Below, in pieces: positions 12,973 through 25,100 of a DNA stretch of 64,000 bases (position 1 is the first letter of the stretch; every line of letters begins with the position of its first letter). The stretch lies in the NCBI GenBank assembly GCA_008632985.1, contig QPGO01000079.1:186001-250000 (forward strand). The letters are read 5' to 3'. The position numbers and the translations under genes were made by a program. The DNA is from Psammoneis japonica (Eukaryota). Below the pieces are notes generated by a model, which saw nothing but the letters and a program-made list of their open reading frames with translations, made no database searches and was not told where the DNA came from.

Positions 12973-15189
12973 ATGATGGAGAATCAGAAAAGAATGCTCC
13001 GTCTTGGAGTCGCAGGTTTGGTGTTTCTCGCATTTGTGAAACTCTCCGTGTGTTTTACCGTGCTTCGACGTGAGAAAAGCATACGACGCTACTTCGAATT
13101 GCAAAATCTTGGGGCTAGCCGAGCTGATGTGTACACATTGCACTGGGAAAAGCTTCTTACGGAAGAATATCAAGAAGCTGTTGTCGAGCTTAAAATCCGC
13201 AGATCTTCTTGGTCACGAAAACGTTTGGAAGATGCCGGAATGAGCATCTTTGATGCCTTTGCAGAGCCTGAATCGGATCTGTTTGGAGAAAAGATTGTCA
13301 GAATTGTAAAGGGAGGAGAGTCGTTGCGACTTGGTGACAAGTTTTCTCGAGGAGATATTCTAGTCATGACTCCTCTGGCACGTACCGCTGCCGCCAAGCA
13401 ACCAATGCCCAAAGAATGTTGTGTCATGGACGTTGGGAAAAACTGGATGACGCTGGCGGTAGGGCCATCTTGGCCAGCGGGGCTGTGGGAAGCAAGACGA
13501 ATAGCTAGATCCTATCAAGTGCGGTTGGATCGTACCGCTCCCAGAGCTGCCATGCAAGCGCAGCGTCAGGCCCTCGAGCTTGTTCGTAAAGGACAAGCTG
13601 GTCATGTCGCAGCCATGCTTGTAGAGACATTTTGCGATCCTGCAAGGACAAATGTAACATCCACACGTCCCGCTAGGCTTCAAGACTGGGATCCGATAGA
13701 GTTAGAAGAAGCTGTTTCATGGGAACTCAAAGAAGCAAAGGAACTATCTGCGTTTGAACCCAACTCGTCTCAGCAAAATGCTATTTCTTGGGCTCTTGGA
13801 CGCAGTATCTCCCTTTTGCAGGGCCCACCGGGGACGGGAAAGACTCATGTAGCAGCCTTGCTTATTAAAGCAGCTCTTGGACTGCATTGCAACGATTCGG
13901 ATGCCGCACCAAGAGTCCTTGCCGTTACGCACAGCAATGGGGCCGCCGATGTGTTGCTGCAGGCTCTGTTGGATATTGGGGTGGCTGCGGTTCGGGTGGG
14001 TCGACCCGCTTCCGTCTCTGCCAGTGTTCGACACCGAACAGTGATTGCTATTGCAGAAAAGCATCCTGAAATTGTATCTCTAAGAAAGCAAGGCCAAAAC
14101 AAGACACTTGAGAGTCATGTTCGATCTAGTTTCGTGGCCGATTCGAGACGGTATATGAATGACGTGTGCGACATTATACTAAAGACTGCACCTGTTGTGG
14201 TTGCGAGTTGCATCGGCGCTCACCAGCTTTTGGAGGCAGATGGGCCGGATTGTACGTTTCCACTTGTCGTTGTGGACGAAGCTGCTCAAACGACAGAACC
14301 AGCATTGCTGTGCGCCCTTGCTGCAGCAAAAGCAGAACAGATTGTCCTTGTTGGCGATACCAAGCAGCTTCCTCCAACGATTGCATCCGAGTCTGTCGAG
14401 CTTCGAAACAGCCTTGGTGTCTCTCCCATGTCAAGACTCGAGGCGGGCGGCGTTGGATACCAAACACTCCGTCTTCAGTATCGCATGTCTCCTGCTCTTT
14501 TGGAACATCCCTCGCAATACTTTTACAATGGCCTCGTGACTTGTGCTGATTTAGTGCCGACAAATGAGGTACCGCCCAAGGGCTTTCCTTGGCCAAATGC
14601 AGCCATGCCGCTAGCCTTTATTCACTCTGGGGGCGACAAGGAGGTCACTCATGCGTTTGGTGGCAAGTCAAACCCTACCGAAGCCGCACTCGTGGTAACG
14701 GTGGTAAAAGGCATGCTTGATGCAGGTAATGTCGCTGCTCGTAGTATCGCAGTGATTAGTCCCTATTCCAAACAAGTTCAACAAATACAAACCAACCTTG
14801 CCGAACACAACATTCGAGATGTTCGCGTCGGCACGGTCGATTCCTTTCAAGGACAAGAGACGGACATTGTCGTGTTTTCGGCGGTCCGGTCCAACCTACA
14901 AGCCGACATTGGCTTTCTTCGTGACTCGCGGCGACTCTGTGTTGCCATTACACGTGCCCGACGTGGTCTAGTCCTTGTGGGCGACCAAACGGTTCTCTGT
15001 ACGTGTCGGCATTGGGCTGCGCTCATGGATTCTTGCCGCAAGCGCGGGTGTACCATGGACGCCAATGACCTGAACGTTCAAGAAGACAGAGAATCAGCAG
15101 CGGTGAAAACCAAGGACGAGAGCGATGAATTAGACAAGATTTTGCAAGAGGCTTCATTCGATTGGGAGAACGTCTTGTTTGACGATTGA
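12973..15189 (+). CDS. DNA2/NAM7 (UPF1/IGHMBP2-like) SF1 helicase with N-terminal signal sequence
   Basis: QGPPGTGKT, VVDEAAQ, GDTKQLPP, QYRM, TVDSFQGQE and VAITRAR motifs. Confidence 0.9.
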   Translation: MMENQKRMLRLGVAGLVFLAFVKLSVCFTVLRREKSIRRYFELQNLGASRADVYTLHWEKLLTEEYQEAVVELKIRRSSWSRKRLEDAGMSIFDAFAEPESDLFGEKIVRIVKGGESLRLGDKFSRGDILVMTPLARTAAAKQPMPKECCVMDVGKNWMTLAVGPSWPAGLWEARRIARSYQVRLDRTAPRAAMQAQRQALELVRKGQAGHVAAMLVETFCDPARTNVTSTRPARLQDWDPIELEEAVSWELKEAKELSAFEPNSSQQNAISWALGRSISLLQGPPGTGKTHVAALLIKAALGLHCNDSDAAPRVLAVTHSNGAADVLLQALLDIGVAAVRVGRPASVSASVRHRTVIAIAEKHPEIVSLRKQGQNKTLESHVRSSFVADSRRYMNDVCDIILKTAPVVVASCIGAHQLLEADGPDCTFPLVVVDEAAQTTEPALLCALAAAKAEQIVLVGDTKQLPPTIASESVELRNSLGVSPMSRLEAGGVGYQTLRLQYRMSPALLEHPSQYFYNGLVTCADLVPTNEVPPKGFPWPNAAMPLAFIHSGGDKEVTHAFGGKSNPTEAALVVTVVKGMLDAGNVAARSIAVISPYSKQVQQIQTNLAEHNIRDVRVGTVDSFQGQETDIVVFSAVRSNLQADIGFLRDSRRLCVAITRARRGLVLVGDQTVLCTCRHWAALMDSCRKRGCTMDANDLNVQEDRESAAVKTKDESDELDKILQEASFDWENVLFDD

Positions 15190-15716
15190 AAGACCTCTTC
15201 TCTAACAAGGTTGGCTCTAGGATTAGGCTCCTTTCGAATTCCCATCAATCGCATCACCGCAGTGATTGGTAGGGCCCAGCTTTCTATTTCCGATAGAGTA
15301 AGTACAGGCTCATCGCAATGCACTCTCAAACATGGGTCCAGGGATTGCCTTGCTGCCGAGACTTACACACTTTCACGTGCCAGCAACCTTGTGAAGGCTG
15401 ACACGGGCGGCACGAGGTAACAATCATATGGCACATGAATTTGGCGTTAAAAACGACAGGCTACCAGTGAGGATTTCACAAAGCAACACAAGAAGATGTT
15501 CATAGAGAAGTATACACAGAGCCTATAGTTTTCGATACAGCAACATTATGCGGAAGCATCCTCCTCAATTGACAGTCCCCAGTCCTTACTAAAACCGCAT
15601 TGACAATGTTTGAAACCAACATTTTTTCTCTAGAATCCCAAAATGACACCCACTCTGCGCATCATTTTTGTTTGATATTTTGTTGTTGTTTTATGCACAC
15701 GGCAGGTGCATTCAAA

Positions 15717-16196
15717 TTACACATTAGCGGATTCTTGTTGTTGTTGTTGCGCTTTCATTTGCTCCACTTGTTGCAATCTTGCCATGGCTTCATCGTATTT
15801 GGCCTTCCATTGACCAACTTCATCTTCCAATTCATGGATTCGATCACGAATACGTTGACGTGAGGCAGCCGCCGATTCACGATTCCGTACCCGTCGGGCT
15901 TCTCTCCTCCATGCCGCCAACTGTTCCTTACTCATGGGCACATCGGGATCATAACGAATCTGTGTCTTTTTGTTATTGTTGCTTTCGCCATTTTTCTTTG
16001 CCGTGGTAGCACGGCGTTTTTTCGGTGGTGCCGATGATGATTCTTGAGGTGCTGCTGCTGCTATTGCCGTCGTCGTTTCCGTGCCTGCGGTTGCTCCGCT
16101 TTCTGCTGCCGTCGTCGTGTCTCCTGCGGCTCGAAGCGATTGCATAATCTCCTTTCGCCGTTTCCGTGCCGTTGCAGGATCACTGCTCTCCGTCAT
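15717..16196 (-). CDS. bZIP transcription factor
   Basis: RRVRNRESAAASRQRIRDRIHELE basic region followed by a zipper. Confidence 0.85.
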   Translation of the reverse strand: MTESSDPATARKRRKEIMQSLRAAGDTTTAAESGATAGTETTTAIAAAAPQESSSAPPKKRRATTAKKNGESNNNKKTQIRYDPDVPMSKEQLAAWRREARRVRNRESAAASRQRIRDRIHELEDEVGQWKAKYDEAMARLQQVEQMKAQQQQQESANV

Positions 16197-16707
16197 GTTT
16201 TATGTGAAAGATACTGTGATTGTGATTGCAGAAAAAGAGGTTGAAGTAACGACATACAATGCAAAATGCAATCCACCAATCGACACCTTCCAAGTGTGCT
16301 TTGCGGTACAAGATCGCGTTGATTTTACGTGCATCGTGACGCACGCGTTGTTGCTGCTGAGTTGGTGGTTCCACGTGTTGCAACGGACGGCGGACGCACC
16401 GATCCATTTTATGCGCGCATGCAGAAGTTCGCGCGACTTTGAGTCGTGCGAATTCCGGACGCCGCGTGGCAATTTTCAATTTTCCGGGTTCGATTGGTAC
16501 AAAAAACACGTAGAAGCTACTGCAACGTATGGCTTGTAGGAGCGGCCACGCAAACACGTACAAGGCAGTAGATTTTCTACAGAGGAACCGGCATCGCGGA
16601 ACGTCGCTGACTTCTTTTTGACAGCACCACACTGGCATCATAAAATTCTCTCCATCGGCGAGAGCAACATACCGGTAAGCAATACCAACAACAATACAAC
16701 AGAACTT

Positions 16708-17557
16708 ATGCCAGAAGCCAAAGAGAAGGAGCGTCCGCAAGGCGCGGCGCTCGCAAGAAAGAAGCGCATAGAACGCCGTCAGCAACAACGTGCTAGCGAT
16801 GACGCAACGTCGCCGCTATCGGGTAACAAGAGACCTCGAGAAGAAGAAGAAGAAAAGCCCAAGCCATCGATTGTCGGAATCAAGAGGCAAGCCCGGTACG
16901 AACCGGGTGTTCCCATGACCAAGGAAGAGTTGATTGTGTGGAGAAAGGAAGCAAGGCGTGTTCGGAACCGCGAGAGTGCCGCCGCGTCGAGACGTAAGAC
17001 ACGGGACCGCATTACGGAGCTTGAAGGGCAAATGTCGACTCTTCAGAAAAAGTACGAGGCTGCCATGGAGCGTATTTTGGAATTGGAAGCCATGAATGCG
17101 ACACTTTCTGCTGAACAGAGCAGCAGTGTCGTATCGCCGTGTACGTCGGCGTCGCCGTCTCCGCAGTATGCTCCGTCGTTTGTTTTGGATGAATCATCAC
17201 GTTTGGAGGATAATGAGAATGTTGAGCACATAATTGAGATGATCTCTCGACCCAATGCATGAGTCAAAGATCTCCTAAAAAGAGAGCAATACATACACAA
17301 ACTTTCGTTGCACGATTGTGCGTGTGTGTATTCTCCAACCGTCAAGAATTTTTCTCTTGACGATTATAAAACTTCCAGCAGCGAAGATCACTGGTGCTCA
17401 ACTACCAATCTATCCTTCAGAGGTGACAACCATTTCAGACGACGCTTCGAGCCAAGGACTCGACGACGACGATCACGAGCTTCATACCTTTTTATTGGAC
17501 GCTCTTGTCGACTTTGATGCGGACCATGCAGATGTCTTGGAATTGTGTACTACTTGA
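16708..17557 (+). CDS. bZIP transcription factor; unspliced form stops at 17262, putative second exon 17379-17557 adds an acidic tail
   Basis: RRVRNRESAAASRRKTRDRITELE. The downstream ORF AAKITGAQ...DDDDHELHTFLLDAL looks coding. No GT-AG intron joins them in frame (see findings). Confidence 0.75.
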
Positions 17558-17580
17558 CAAACACGACTCTTTTTCCTGTA

Positions 17581-18003
17581 CAGTACATGCCAATTTCATG
17601 ACTTCTCCTCTGATTCAACTCGGAACAAAAAGATAGGATAAAACATTCTATGATAGCAAGTTGTTGTTGACGTTACACTATGTTTGTATGCTGACTCATA
17701 TAGCTGATGTGTATCTCGTGCAATGCGCCGCAAGACATCGTTCGGTGCCGTTGAGGGCGTGTACCTTTTTTCGTTATTCGCATCGCAGTAAAGCCAGTAC
17801 AAGAAAATTTCATGACTCTTTCTCTGACTCAAGTCGGAACGAAAAGATAGGATAAAAATTCTATTGTAGCAAGTTCTTATTGAGGCTATGGTATGCTTCT
17901 ATTCTGATTCCTAGAGCTGACGCGTGGCTTATGTAGTCCGAAAGACATTGTTCGGTATCGTTGAGAGTGTGTCACCTTTCTTCGTTATTCGCATCGTAGT
18001 AAA
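17581..18003. repeat. Diverged tandem duplication, period about 214 bp
   Basis: Copies start 'cagtac...aatttcatgact' at 17581 and 17795 and share gataggataaaa, tagcaagtt, aagacat.gttcggt and ttcgttattcgcatcg.agtaaa. Confidence 0.85.
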
Positions 18004-18200
18004 ACGACCAATGCCCTTTACGTCAAACCGATTCGTTTTCCTTAACAACACGTCCTTTGTCTATCATCTCTGTGACTTGTTGTAGACAAGACGATTGATT
18101 TCACCCACGTCAATGTCATAGATTTCTGGCAAAGTGGCACTGTCGAGCACATGTTGGTAAGCGGGCTTTTATTCAAGAATCATAAAACGATATACAGTAC

Positions 18201-18738
18201 TCACTCGTCCCTTGCAAAGGCGCGTGTTTGTTCGAGATTGTCAACAAAGGGCGGCGGTGATGATGACTTGCTGGATCCATCGAAAATTGTGTATATGGAA
18301 TCCACCTTGGGTGTAAATCGAATGTTGCACGCGGCGTAAAGCAAAGGAGCCGCCACAAAGATGCAAAGAAAATAGGCGGGTAACAGCACTGCCCAGTCTT
18401 GAGATGGATAATAAGTAATATTCCTACATGCAATAGAGTTCAGAACATGGTTGAGGGCACATTGTTCGTGGTAAAAAAAGCACGCGGAGGACTGACTCAC
18501 AATGCATGCAACGTTTCTGGAGGGAGAAATGCCCAAATCAAATAAACAATCGCCAATGGGAAGCACAGTACATGAATCACGAAACCGTACTTCTGTGGAT
18601 GGTTCAAAGCAAGGGGATGATTTCAAAGCGGAGTGTGTGAGAGCAGTGTTGATTGAGCATCTCGTGGCGAATCGAATTGATTGTCAAAATTGAACTGCAT
18701 ACCTCTGAGGGAGGTGATTCATCAGGGAACTTCGGCAT
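18201..18738 (-). CDS. PIGP: PIG-P subunit of GPI-GlcNAc transferase, 3 exons
   Basis: Exons MPKFPDESPPSE|KYGFVIHVLCFPLAIVYLIWAFLPPETLHA|...ITYYPSQDWAVLLP...TPKVDSIYTIFD, with GTATGC and GTGAGT donors. Confidence 0.75.
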
Positions 18739-19061
18739 TGTACGTTACAATGGTTGTGGATTGGTTGTAAATTACAACGCTGTTGGCATTTCGATGCTCT
18801 GCTGTAGTGTTGCGATCCTGTTTTTTGTGTCCTCCATTGTCGACTGAGGATTTGAGAGCTCGAGCTCGCTCGGAGGGAGTTTCAAAATTTCAAAAAAGCG
18901 CGGGAGCGTCTGTCAACCTGCCGTTTTGCCGTGTCGCACTGATCGTTTGTTGCGCCACGAGCCACGATGACGACGGTGAGTCACTCACATACCACCCGAC
19001 GTTGCACAGGATCAAACGCAAGTCAACCATCAACACTAACGAAAGCAAGTCACGTTAGCCA

Positions 19062-19770
19062 ATGATGGCTTCATTGAAGTGTACAATCGTGCTGGTAGTG
19101 TTTGTTGCTTTGTCGGTGAACGCCTGGACAACTCCGACACGATGCAGACTGTCTCCGAGTAAACATGCCAGAAGAACGACACCGATTGTGTTTGGTGAAT
19201 CCCCAACTAATACTGGAAATGAAAATGTTGCCGACAACGATAGAATAGAGGACATAGGGTCTGATGAAATAGAGTCTACGACGCATCAACCCGAGAGCGT
19301 CATTCGGGTAGACGACGGTGGGTCTGATCTCACAGATCGATTCAAATACAAGGTGCGACCCACCAGCAAGAAAAACAATGTCTTTTGCGACCCTTTCTGA
19401 ACAAACTTACTTCTTTTTTTTAATGATAGGTCAATGCTCTCATGGGTGCCTACGATCCAAAGGCTGGGGCGGACGATGAGAATCAAGATGGGAATGTTTT
19501 GGATGCCATGATGAAGTTTCCCGCATATTATGATTTCAATGTTGTTGGAAGAACAAACGACGAGGATACGACAAAACAAGATTTTGTGGAACGAGTAAAA
19601 CGAATTGTTGGTTCTGCATCGTCAGATCCCGACAGTTTGGAATATGAAGTAACACCGAGAGGAAAAGCCTTTACAGAGTAACTGCACAGGTGCTAGTGGA
19701 GAGTGCTGCCGTCGTCACTTCAACATACGCCGAGCTCAAGGATATAGAAATCACAGTAATGGCATACTAG
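19062..19770 (+). CDS. YbeD/DUF493-like protein with signal/transit peptide; intron 19352-19429; 1-nt frameshift near 19675
   Basis: KFPAYYDFNVVGRT...TPRGKAFT(R)VTAQVLVESAAVVTSTYAELKDI. Confidence 0.6.
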
Positions 19771-19785
19771 GCAGTCGATATATAA

Positions 19786-21826
19786 TTACAGAGACTTTTG
19801 CACCTTTACAGAAGCCGATATTTCCTTGGCAAGCGTCCCCAATTCGGAGTAATCCACGAGCCCAACCCTTACGGTTCCCGCACACGCCACCAAATTCGCA
19901 ACCAAAGCCATGATGAGAGCCATACAATTGTACCCCTGAAACACGTAAAAGCCAATCATGGCAGTAATAACACCCATGAACACCATATGAGCCTTGACTA
20001 CGAGTGGCAAAACAACAGACGTTCCGGGATGACCGAGCTCTTGTCGAAACAAGTCATGAGTGGCTCTCAGTACAAGTCAAAAGGCCGTCCCTCGGGAGAA
20101 TTCGACGTCGCCTTGTAAATCGTATGCCTACCAAAGCCGGGATGACTCTCCAAAATCAAATCGCCCTTTTTGTATCGACGACGGGGATCCCAAGGAGCTG
20201 GGTTTTGTTTACGGTCGGACGGTGTCAGTGGTTCATCGACCACGGTCCACTCGCCACTGATGTATCCCATGATTGCCAAGTACGATCGATCCAGCATGGA
20301 TTCTTGTGCAAATAAGAGCAGCCCCGTAATGGCCAAGACGGACGCAAGCGCTGCAAACGCCGCTCCGTGATCCGGAAGAATCGATTCAAACACTCCTTGA
20401 AAGGTCCCGTCTTCTCGCACCGGACCATACATACCAGAGGGATACAAGAGTGTGCTCAACTCCCATAGCACCGGTCCCGGAGGACAGTGTCCAGTCGCAC
20501 GGCACACAAAGGAGGTTCGCGGAATAAACACACAAGCTGCTACGTTTTCCATGATTCGAATCAGCACCACGGCACAAAACAAACGGAATCGGTTTTCCAG
20601 CGTCACGGGCATGTACTGCTCTGCCCAAGGTGTTTCCTGTGTCTCTTTCTGTAAACTCTTTTTCGATGATTTCTGAATGGGGTGATATATCACGATTTCG
20701 ATTTTTGATCAACAAACATATGGAAAGCAAAAACACCAGAACAAAAAACAAAAAAACTTACACCTCCACCGCTCGATTGATGTCCGAACTTGGCTTCTGC
20801 TCGTACCGCATTGACCGGAGATCCACCCGCCACCAAATCGGGTATCGGCAACAGAATACGCCCAAACACCACAATGGTGGCCAAACAGCTCGAACACGCC
20901 ATCCAAAACAAGACACGATCCCACGTGGGCACTCGGTGTCGCGAAAACGACATGCTAAATGCGGCACCCCGTGATCGCAACGAGATGGAATCCTGTCCGG
21001 CAATTCCGTCATAGGTTGCTACATCCATGGCGGCTCCACGTCCATTCATGGCGAGGGCATTTTGGTTTGTGGGTGCACGGGGGTCGCAATACATTAAATG
21101 CCAAACATTCCAAGACACCACCAGCAACAAAATATACACTTGGAGAGGAAAATACTTGATATTCCATGATTTGAACCATCTGCGTTCCCAAAGAGATGAT
21201 ATGGTTCGTAACAGTGACGATGATGAAGTATTGTGCCTTGCATGATCTCGTCGAGACTGAGTAAACGATTGCTCACTCGCACTGCTGCTGCTATCTCTCT
21301 GTCCTCCGGACGCCTCGTTGGAACGCTGTCTCCAGTTTTGAATAGGATGCCAGAACCGCACAAGAAAATACTGAAGCGTAAACCGAATAGTCGACACAGC
21401 CGGTGTACTAAAGACCGAATTGCGGCTCTCATCACTCCCGTGAATGTTCCCCACGCTCTTCATCACAACGGATGCTTCCGGTCGATCAAAGTACTGTCCC
21501 ACAAAGACATGGGACGTGGTCCAGTGTGCCAAGACTCCCAAAAGCGTTGGTGATCGTGTGGTTGACGTGTCACTTGTGCACAACCACCGCACAAACAAGT
21601 GTCGAGACAACCACGCAGTCACCAAGAGCCAATACACGACATCGCCCCGTGTTCCAAAGGAAAATTGATAGACAGCTTGCAAACTCGATGCCGCTAAAAT
21701 TGACAGCGCAATCAATAAATACATTTCATGCTTTAAATGCACGGTCGTAGGACCAAGCATACGACGTGACCATCGTTGTCGAAAAGAGGCCATCTTCTGC
21801 CGTGACTTATTTGTCGTCATGGTCAT
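19786..21826 (-). CDS. Hypothetical multi-pass membrane protein, multi-exon
   Basis: Collinear ORFs 20690-22000, 20067-20693 and 19786-20052 with TM segments; function not recognised. Confidence 0.5.
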
Positions 21827-22122
21827 GGTCTCACCCAATAATTTTCGTTTGTTGGTGTAGTAACTATGGTAGGCAGGTGCTTGTACTGTAGAAACTAGGA
21901 AACGTACGGTTGGACGGACGGACGATTGAAACGACAAACGAGCGACGGAACGACGACGACGGATCAAAAATGCATCGAAAATCGAATCAAAAATCGGCAA
22001 TGGCTCAATGGCCCAAAGCCGGCGGCCAAAAACAGCCGTTGTTTACTATACGCAGCTCGTTGCTTCACTCCGCCCCCCCAACCCCGCGTTAGTTGTAGAG
22101 TACATTGTCGACGAAAGAAGAT

Positions 22123-25100
22123 ATGCCACCAAAGCAGCAGCAGCATCGTTCCAACGCAAGCAAAACACGACGAGGACGTGGTAGTAGTAGCGGAGGTGCT
22201 AGTGCTAGTACCGGCTCTGCTGGATCACAGCATCAGCAGCAGCCTCATCATCATTATCACCATCGGCCTCAGCATCAGCATGGATCACAGCAGCAGCAGC
22301 AACAACAACAACACACCTTGTCGTTACTACTCGACAATCTCGTTGCCTCGAACGAACGAATACAAACAGCAGCTACACAGAATGCCGCCGCCATTAATAA
22401 TTTTAGTTCCATGTTGGGGATTCTTCGCAAAGAAAACCAGGAATTGTTGCAAGCCGCTGAAAGCAATCAAACGACACTCCAACAAGTCAAAATTCAACTG
22501 CAATCGTCGTCTGAACAAAAAGTTAGCAAGTCATTGTTGCAAACCTTTGTTCAGAATGCAGAACGGAAAATAGAAGAAAAGGAGCAAATGGTGGAAGCAT
22601 TGCAAGCTGAGCTAAAGGCATCGCAAGATCTAGTGGCAGAATTACTCGCAAGCAAGGATGGCAATAGCAGCAGTCCTGTAGCTACACAAGAGCCAATCAC
22701 GGTGGAAACGAGGGGCGCCGACGACAAAGGATTAGATGCAACAGCAGAACAGCACGCAAAAGAGAAACAAAAGAAGAAGAAAAAGGCTGAACAAGAGAAA
22801 CGGCGTCAGCAAGAACAAGAAGCTGTAGCTGCCATGGAACAGGCCGAAAGGGAAGAACGAGAACGTCAACTATTGATCAAGCTGGAAAAACAAGCGGCGT
22901 TGTCACGACAAGCGGAACAAGAGGAAGAAGAACGAAAGAAGAAAGAGGCAAAGCAAGAGGAAGAAGAGCGAAAGAAGAAACAGCAGGAGGAAGCAGAGCA
23001 AGAGGAACGAAAGGAGAAAGAGGAAGCATTGCTAACAAGCCCGATGTTTATGGACGCTTGTGTTGAAGAACCGCAAGTCCCATTGCCTGAAAGCACAATA
23101 AGGACAGTAGTCACTGTCACACCCAAATCACCGCCAATTCGAAAGCGAAAGATGGATCGTTCAGTTGCTCCTTCACGACTGTCGCGTTACATGTATCCCA
23201 AAAAATCGTCCGTCCTGAGTGTGTCACCAATTTTTGAATTGCTACAGGACCCCGCCACATTGGAAACTGCTAGAAAGTTGTTGCGTTATGAAACTGAAAT
23301 GTCTCGGCAAAAAAGTGAACTTGCTGATCTTGAGAAGAATAAGCAGCGGTGTACAGCAGCCATTGCAAAAGAGGACAAGCTTGGGCAGAGCTACGAAAAG
23401 CAGCTCAAGGCGCTTGACACGGAGGCAAAGGACCTGCAGGGCACATGGGGAAAGTTCAATGCTGCTTTGAATTGGTGGGACAAGGCATCTGACGAGAAGG
23501 AGGAGGCTGCAGCTGAGAAATCTAAGCAGGAAAATGAGGATGCACCCCTTCGAGCAAAGCAAGCTGCAGCGAGAGCAGAACAGGCCCGCAAGAAAACGAG
23601 AGCAGCCAAGGCGGCACGAATGAGGGAGATCACCGAAGAACAGAAGCGCATTAACAAGTTGCTTGACTCGATACCAAAACGGATCGAGGCTTTGGAGGCA
23701 GAATCAGAGAAGTGGGATGAGCCGATCCGTGTCATGCAGCAGGAAATATCGGATCTAGGAGCAAAGATATCGGAGCTGAAGGGATCCGGAGCGAAGGAAG
23801 ACAATCACTTTCACATTGACGGCTCCAGGAACGAGTATGGACACACGTTTCTCATGGTGGCGGCACAGAACAATGATATCGAAACGGCAGCTCTCTGCTT
23901 TTATTTGGGCGCTGATCCGAATGTAAGAAGTCCCCATGAAGGCTTCACAGCTATGCTTTTCGCATATTTCTTCAAGTTCAATGAGATGGCTGCACTCATT
24001 GCCAGGAATGGCGGAACATATCCTCAGCAGCAAGCAGATGCTTGGAAGGGTGTATTGTCAGCTGGTGTGGTGAAAGCTGAGACACCCATAGATTGGGATT
24101 GGACCCTGCGGATCGCCAAACAGGCTGCTATTCCACCAGAGACGATTATGGAGTCGGCAGATGCCTTGGAGGCATCCGATGATTCAAGAATGACACTGCT
24201 GACCGAGGAAGAGCGCAAGCGAGATTTTCGATTCTTTGAGAACAGTCTCATTGACCCCGAGATCGACATGCGCCGAGTGGCACTTATCACCAAAGACGTC
24301 TACCGTTGGTTCAGCGACGGAGACGCAGCTTGTAGGTCAGACTTTCTCTCGTTTCTGGATTCGCTGCAGCCAGAAGGTTCCCAGAAGCAGCGCTGTATCT
24401 GCAAACGAAGGGCTGTTGTTGGCTTCAAAAAGACTTATGAAGTGCTATGCGCACCATTCATGAAAGGGAACAAGACGCAAGTTGCATTATTTACGCCCTT
24501 TGTGACGAGTGCTGTGGAGGGTGTGACCGATGTTGGAGTATTAGGTAATTACGTGTAGCGTCGCGTTGAGTTTGCCACCCTTAATGCTGCATCCGTCGTT
24601 TAACTTGTCGCCTTTCGTCGTTCTGTAGTCTGGGCTGTCACATCGGACCAGAAGGCTTCCCTTTATAAAACGCTCATTGAATCGACGGAGTTTCTGCGCC
24701 ATAAGGTGGACGTCGGCGAGAATTTTCCTCTCCACAAGAACGAGGTCCTTGAGCTCGGGAAAGATGTCCATCTGCTTGACCTTCAGTCTACTTCGATCTT
24801 TACCTCCAAACCGTTGGAGCTATATATTCTTGGTATTGACCAGGGGGAGCTTGATCAGCTTAGCAATGAAGAGTTCTCGCCCAAGAAGCGAATTGCCTAT
24901 TATGAAGAACAGCTGAACAGAGCTGTCTTTGATGCGAGTGAGCAAGAAGCAAAAGACAACGAGGCCATCTTGTCTGGGGAGCAGGCCGGTATGAGCACAA
25001 GTCTATTTGGAGGCGCAGGTACCGGCAAGACACTACTGATGACCAAAAAGATCAGCAGTGTGGCTGGCGAGCGGAAGGTGCTAGTAGTATCGCGTTTGCC

